Positions 57,960-64,000 of a stretch of 64,000 bases of DNA are shown here, piece by piece. This stretch comes from Lama guanicoe (lineage: Eukaryota): contig MU056251.1 of the NCBI GenBank assembly GCA_013239625.1, positions 248,001 through 312,000 of the forward strand. The letters are read 5' to 3'. The notes below the pieces were generated by a model. That model did not search any database and had not been told where the DNA came from. It saw only the letters and a list, made by a program, of their open reading frames with translations. Position numbers and translations under genes: made by a program. Within the stretch, counting starts at the first letter, position 1. Each line of letters starts with the position of its first letter.

Positions 57960-58200
57960 GTTCCAGGTGCTGCAGCTGCCTGGAAAATTACTCCACAACT
58001 TAGTGGCCTGAAACTACACAGCACCGATTTCACTCACGGATCTGCAGCTTGGCTGGGGCTTTGAGGGGACAGCTGGTCTCTCTCCACAGGGCGGGTCTGG
58101 GGCAGTTGGAATGTCGGGGCTGAACTCACCTGGAGCCTGGTGCCGGCTGGCCGCTGAGGTTGGGCAGGCGCTGGACCGCCCTGGGCTCAGCGTGAGATGG
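57960..58200 (-). mobile_element. MLT1-like (MaLR) LTR remnant
   Basis: AAAATTACTCCACAACTTAGTGGCCTGAAACTACAC..CTCACGGATCTG is the characteristic antisense MLT1 end. Confidence 0.55.
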
Positions 58201-59099
58201 AGCTGGTGAGGAGGGACTGTCGGAGGTTGAAGGAGGCCTGGACCACTGGCATCATTTGAGGCTTAAAGATACGTCAAGACAGATGTGCCAAAATAGGGTG
58301 GAATGTTTTTTCACTACACAGTTCGTTCCCGCTCATTAGAAATTCAGGTATGACAGAAGCTGTCATCGGTGGAAGGGAAAGCTCTGCAGGGAAACCCAAG
58401 AGACTCTGAAATGATGGAGAAGATTCCCAGGAGACTTCGCGAGGGGGGGGGGAGGGGCAAGGCTTCTCCAAAGGCCCGAGGGTGGCTGTGTGGCTGTGTG
58501 GCTGGAGGCAAGCGCTCGCCTCTGCTGTGGGAAGCCGCTGGGACGCAACAGATTCTTGGTAAGTGGATTAAATATTAGACGTGTGACCGGTGTTCCTCTC
58601 AGGAGAACGTGTCAGTGTCTGGCCTCTGAGGGCAGGTGTGGGCTGTGACACCGTCCATGTCCCTCAGTCCTGCGCGCTTGTCCTGCCCAGAAGCTGCCCT
58701 TGAACCAATCACAAGAAGGGCCCCAACCCCACTCTAGACAGAGAAGCGTGTCTGGTGGTCTCTTTCTCCAGAAAAACCTCAAGAAGCCGCTGCAGTTTGA
58801 GGCCTGTCACCATGTGTCCTGGGCCCCTGGTCTCAGTGGCTTGTGGTCTGAGTCCCTCTTTGGGGTGTGACGACTTGGCTTCTTTGTCCCAAAGCCGACA
58901 GGGAGCCCTCACCACCGACCTCCTTCCTGGGCTCAGGCAGCCTCGGGGCCTGTCGTTCAACACTGCCCTGCAGGACCTCCTTCTGGACTGGCTGGGGTCC
59001 TTGGATGGCAAGGGAGAGCCACCTGGAGCCAGCTTCCAGCCCCAGCAGGCTGAGGCCACATCGCTGGGAAGACGGCGGCCCCCTGAGGCTCTTGGAGGG

Positions 59100-59470
59100 G
59101 ACTAAAGGCTTGAAGTAACAGAAACATGTACCTTGAGTCTGTAGGGCACAAGGCCCACGGGCGTCTTGCCGAGTGAAATCAGGGCGTGGGCCGCCTGGAG
59201 CCTCTGGGGCCATGGGGGGAGTTGCTCCTGGCCTCTCCCAGCTTCGAGAGGCGCCCACATACCTGGGCTCCTGACTCGTCCTCCATCTCAGTACTCATAA
59301 CTCTGATCTCTGCTTCCATTGACCCGTCTGCTTCTGACTCAGCTTCCTCTTGTGAGGGTCCTTGTGATGACCTCGGGCCCACCGGACACCCAGGACAGGC
59401 TCACATCTCAGACCCTCACCTTGCCCTGCGATGTGGTATGTGCACAGGCTCCTGGGGGTAGGACAGGGCA
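59100..59470 (-). mobile_element. MLT1-like (MaLR) LTR remnant
   Basis: GGCTTGAAGTAACAGAAACATGT..CCTGGCCTCTCCCAGCTTC..GGTCCTTGTGATGACCTCGGGCCCACC..CAGGACAGGCTCACATCTCAGA matches the recalled MLT1 pattern. Confidence 0.65.
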
Positions 59471-62400
59471 TGTGGTGGGGGAGGCGGTTGGCTCCAGGGG
59501 ATGGAACGCCCTCCCTCTGCCTCCCCTCTCAGCCCTCTGCCTCCCTCCATGGACCTGGGCATCATCCACCCTGAAATCCCAGTGCTGTGTGCCAAGACCC
59601 AGCAGGGGAGGGCTCGGCACGTGCCCCGCTGCCATCTCCATGGCCTGGGGTCAGGCCCCTCTGCTGGCAGGCTGGGGCCCAGGTATTGAGTCTGGCCCTG
59701 GGGGACAAGCAGTGGTGCCACAAACACCGTCCCTGAGGCTCAGCGGACGTTGCTGACTCGGAGCCATGGCTCAGGCCACTGGGCGAGGCCGGTGTGGCTG
59801 AAGGCCCAGGAGGAGGAGGCGGGAGTCTGGCCAAGCCCACATTATGTGGGCTCAGCTGTAGCTGAGAATGAAAACGGGGCAGAGAAGAGAAAGGCAATGA
59901 AGAGATATGGGGACGGTTCTCACGTCCAGATCTGCAGCGCTCCGGGCCTGCCAGGGCGGCCGGGGTGATTGGGGTGGAGGGGCCACCTCGGGGCTTGGCT
60001 GGCTCCCAGGAACCAGGGAGGGGATCCTGGGCTGGTGCCTGAGGGTAGGAGCTTCTGGATGATTCTAGCATCCAGACACGAAGTCACCCTCGGGGCAGAG
60101 GCCCCCACCTTGTGGAGCAGAGGCAGCCCAGCCAGCCCAGGGTTTCCTGACCTGTCTGATCCTGTCCGATCCGGGCCCACAGAACTGACGGGTGTAAGGA
60201 CACAATTTTTCTGCACCTTCAACTGGGGATGTTTGTTACACAGCCCTGGGTTTGAAACACTGGCTGAGCAAGCCACCTCCTTGCTGTCCAACATGTACGA
60301 CTGTTGCCTCCTCTGACCCCACCTCCCACGTGATTGGTGCCATTTTAGGATCTGCATTCCAGACATTTCCTGGGTGAGGTGCCAGCCTCCAGGTGGCCCG
60401 TGATTCCTGCCTCCAGCATTCACACCTGTGCAGACCCTCCCACCCTGGGTCAGGGTAGGGCTGTGTCACCAAGAGGTGACGCTGTGTGGCTTTCAAGACT
60501 CGGCACAAAAGACTGTGGCTTCGGTCTTAGGTGCCTTCTCTCTCCCACTCCTGGGTCACCAGCTGCCAGGTTGCCAGATGCTCGGCAGCCCTGGGGAGCC
60601 CGGTGGGTGGGTCCGAGGTCAGAGGCCAGGTGGCTCAAGTGCCTGCAGGAGTCCACAAGGCATGTGGGGGTCGGTGGGGCAGAGAGTATGGGCTAAGCCA
60701 GTGCCTGGATCCACAGAGGAGCTGGGTCCTGTGGGCCTGCCCTGCACCACGGCCTGCTTCTGGAGATGGCCATTTTTATTGGCTGGAGCGACTGCACTCC
60801 GAGGAAAAATTACTGTGTTATGAAGTATTTTCCCCTGCCTCCACAGTCAATTTGGGCTTCATTTAAAATTCAATAATGGCATGGCTGTCTTCCCCGAAGG
60901 GGTGGCGAGCACCTTCAGTGCCCAGGAGTGGGACATTAAGAGCTGTCGGGACTGATTCACCCCATCCCAGCCACCACCCCGCTACTTCTGCGCCGGGGGG
61001 CGCCCAGTCGGGGGGTCTGTTCCCAGGGTCTTGGACTTCAAAGCGGCTCCTAGGAAACCCCTTCCTCCAGTTCGCTCATCACTGGGCAATGGGGTTGCTT
61101 ATTAATTTTTTCTGAATTTGCTAATTATCCCATCTGGACCTTGGCGCTCACTCTCCTCATCTGTCCTGGCTGTGAATGCAACAATTCTGGACGGTGGAGT
61201 TTCCCTGTACAACCTGCTCTGGGTGGTTCTCGGCTGGTGTGCTGGGATCAGCTTTCCCAGAGCAAGTAGCCACGTCGCCAAGTGCCCAGTGCGGTGTCCT
61301 TACCTCTCAGCCAGGGTTCATCTGGGTCACAGGCAGAGGGTGTGGCCTCTGTTCTCAGGTGATCCCGGGGCTGCGGGTGGGGGGACGTGCAGGCTCGTGG
61401 CCTGGGTTCTTCTCGCTGCCTGTGGACCCAGAAGCTCCTGTGCGAAGCCCAGGCTGGGCCAGGACCCCTGTGGTGGCACAGGTCGGGGAACACTGGGCAG
61501 TATGAGAAGGAGGGTAGAATTTCTCCTGATGATGCATTTTTCCAGGCGGAGGAGGGAGGCCGTTGGGTGATGTGGGGCTGGGTTTGGGCACTTGCTGAGC
61601 ACTCACATATGTCCTGTTCTGAGGGCTCTGGGCACTGGTCTCTGCCCAGCAGGTGGCTCTGGGTGGCCTGCTTCCAGCCCCGACCCTGCAGGCCCTCAGC
61701 TCTTTCTGCATCTCTGAGCCACACTCTGGGCTGAGCTGCCGGGAGCTGCCGGGGAACTCTGCAGGGTGGGGGACTGGCTTCTCCCCTTCACCTGCTTCAG
61801 AGCATCTGTTTGCTCCTCCAGATCCACTCCCACCCTTCCGCACCTGCTCCATGCCCAGGAGTGTCCTGGACGGGCTGTCTCCAGGACTCGGTCCGTGGGC
61901 AGCCCCCCACCCCAGGAGGTGTGGTGAGAGGAGAGTGAGGGGTGGTCCCCCCAGCTCCTCCTGCAGGGAGGCCTCGGCATTCCCCAGCCCAGGCTGCATC
62001 TCCTGCCGAGCATCTCCCGATTCAGGGTCTCAGTTCCAGAAACTGCCCCTCCAGGCCCCGGCTGCCTCTGTGGGCTGAGGGAGGTGAAGGCCTGGGTCCC
62101 CGGTGCAGGAGGACCTGCTGTCCCCCGGCCTGCCCCACCTGCATCCCACTCACCATGGCCCAGAGCTTCTGACAGAGACAGCTCTCCAGGCCCCTCCGCC
62201 CGCTCTCCGTGGCCTGGAGCCTCCACCTGCCCTGCCCACATGGCCTGGGCAGAGGAGACCTGGGCACACTTCTTGCCGACCCAGCTCTGGAGGTTGAAGC
62301 CCCTAGTCTGTGACACTGCGTCTGAGCTTCGGGCCTGGATCTGGGCTGGCATCCCCAGAGCTGGTGGGGGCCTCCGTTCCCCTCCTAGACGAGGGACCTG

Positions 62401-64000
62401 GCGGGGCCCCCATGCCTTACCCTCTCCTGAGCCCACTGGCCATTAACGAGCTTTCATTCCGGAGCTTTCTGCTCTCCGGCAAGTCTGGGTTATTAACGGA
62501 CACTGACAGCCCATCGCAGGTCCCAGGATGAAGTGCTGTAATTAGCTTAGTGTTACTTTTGATTTGGGAACCCCTCAGCTTGGGATCAGCAGGCCTCTGC
62601 CAGGCCTGGCACCTGCTGGCCAGGACAGCAGATGGCGCTCCGAGGACCCTGGGCAATCTCAGTGGAGAGGTGACCACGCGGGACACTGATTTAGTGACCC
62701 TCTCCCCTGCTTTAAGTAGTGGCGGCTGCTTGACAGCCGCGGGCCTCCTGTGGCTGGATAGGTGGGGAGGCTCCGCGGGGGCCGCGGTTTATCTGCTTCC
62801 GCAGTGAATTCACTCTCGTACCCTGTGATTTATCGAGGCTGTCAGTTTAATTAACTTTGGCCTGGGAGGCAGTTCTTATCAAGATCAGGGACCCAACCAG
62901 GTCTGTTCACACCAGTGCAGCTCCTCTGGGGCCGTGAGGTTTCGGGGGGTCAGGCCCCATTGGCCTTGCCACCAGCACACAGCCCTTGGCCACTCTCTCT
63001 TCCTCCTGCCGCAGATCCCAGGCCCTGGAGCCGGGCCCTCCTTTTGCTTCCGGGAACCCAACTCACCTTAGGGTATCCAAGTCCGACCCAGGAGACGTGC
63101 CACAGGCCCTGGTGCAGAAGAAACGGAACTTGGCGGCTCTAAGCTCCTCCGAGATCTGGAGGCCCCCTCCTCGGAGTGGGGGACGTGCATCTCAGCCAGT
63201 TCAAGGGGCTCCTCGTCCCCTCCCCTGTGTCAAAGTTCCCGTGGGTGTGCGGGGCGTGACAGGAGCCAGGCAAGAGCTGGTGCATCACGGGGAGGTGACA
63301 GTGCCAGCACCTGGGAGTTCAGCAGCAGTCCTTCGCGCCGGCAAGCATGGGTGGGAGAAGCCACATCTGGTCCTCACCACTTCTCCAAGGGAAGCAGCGT
63401 TTCCTTTGGTTATAAACACACCTGTGCAGCCATGAGTCGTGTGAACGTGGAATTCGCTCCAGGAAAACACAGCGCTGGGTTCCTGGGAGCCTCTGGTCAA
63501 CTGATCAGTAGACAGCTTTATTTGGAGTCTTTCTGTTTGAAGACACCTCACTGGATCTTTGTTGTTGACTCAGTGATGTGGACATCATGCCAACAGCGCC
63601 GTCATCACACCTGAAAGAAGCCTTTCTAATGCTCATTTTCTCAGAGGCGTATCGCAGCCTCTGGTCCTTAGGACACCGATGGCCCTCCGGCTCTGCACTT
63701 GGGGCAGTTTCAAACAGCGAAATCACCTACAAAATCCCAAAACGCAAAAAATGTCACCCTAAACAGACATGAAAGGACGCTTGCTTACAGTCCAAGAGCC
63801 GACAAGAGACGGCCGCATCGCCTGGTTCTGGCCCCGCAGGGAACACGCACGACTTGCTGCTCTGCCCCCTTCCCCGGCGGCCACGAACGCACCCAACTAC
63901 TGACTGGGTTCCAGACAGATTTAACAAGCAGGTAAATTCACGAATATAAAAATCTGAGTAATGTGGTGGCTGCGCAGTGGCAAACCTCAGTTTTATGAGC

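Noticed and set aside
54851-64000. Numerous 60-300 aa ORFs downstream of NOC4L; possible GALNT9 exons
   Set aside because: No recognisable domains, no consistent exon chain, no glycosyltransferase or ricin-lectin peptides.

Overview
GC-rich mammalian genomic DNA with three spliced genes. The SINE type suggests a camelid, but that is an inference. The window holds (1) the 3' 26 coding exons of EP400 (+, stop at 29930), with the H/ACA snoRNA SNORA49 in one intron; (2) the complete 15-exon DEAD-box helicase DDX51 (-, 38607-50381); and (3) NOC4L (+, about 50463-54710), head-to-head with DDX51. DDX51 intron 2 carries a decayed, ~7.4 kb class I endogenous retrovirus inserted antisense to the gene. 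It has two LTRs, a tRNA-Ile-like PBS, gag-pro-pol, an env stub, a possible CTTAC TSD and a 27-bp minisatellite inside pol. The main anomalies are a NOC4L exon 1 with no usable ATG (non-AUG start or assembly collapse), a 3' LTR that retains promoter/polyA motifs just upstream of NOC4L, and GC-skewed divergence between the two LTRs. The rest is L1, SINE, MER and MLT remnants plus possible enhancer-like homeodomain clusters. Most ORFs in the supplied track are GC-content artefacts. I found no evidence of a new multi-gene system. All homology calls come from recalled sequences, not from database searches.
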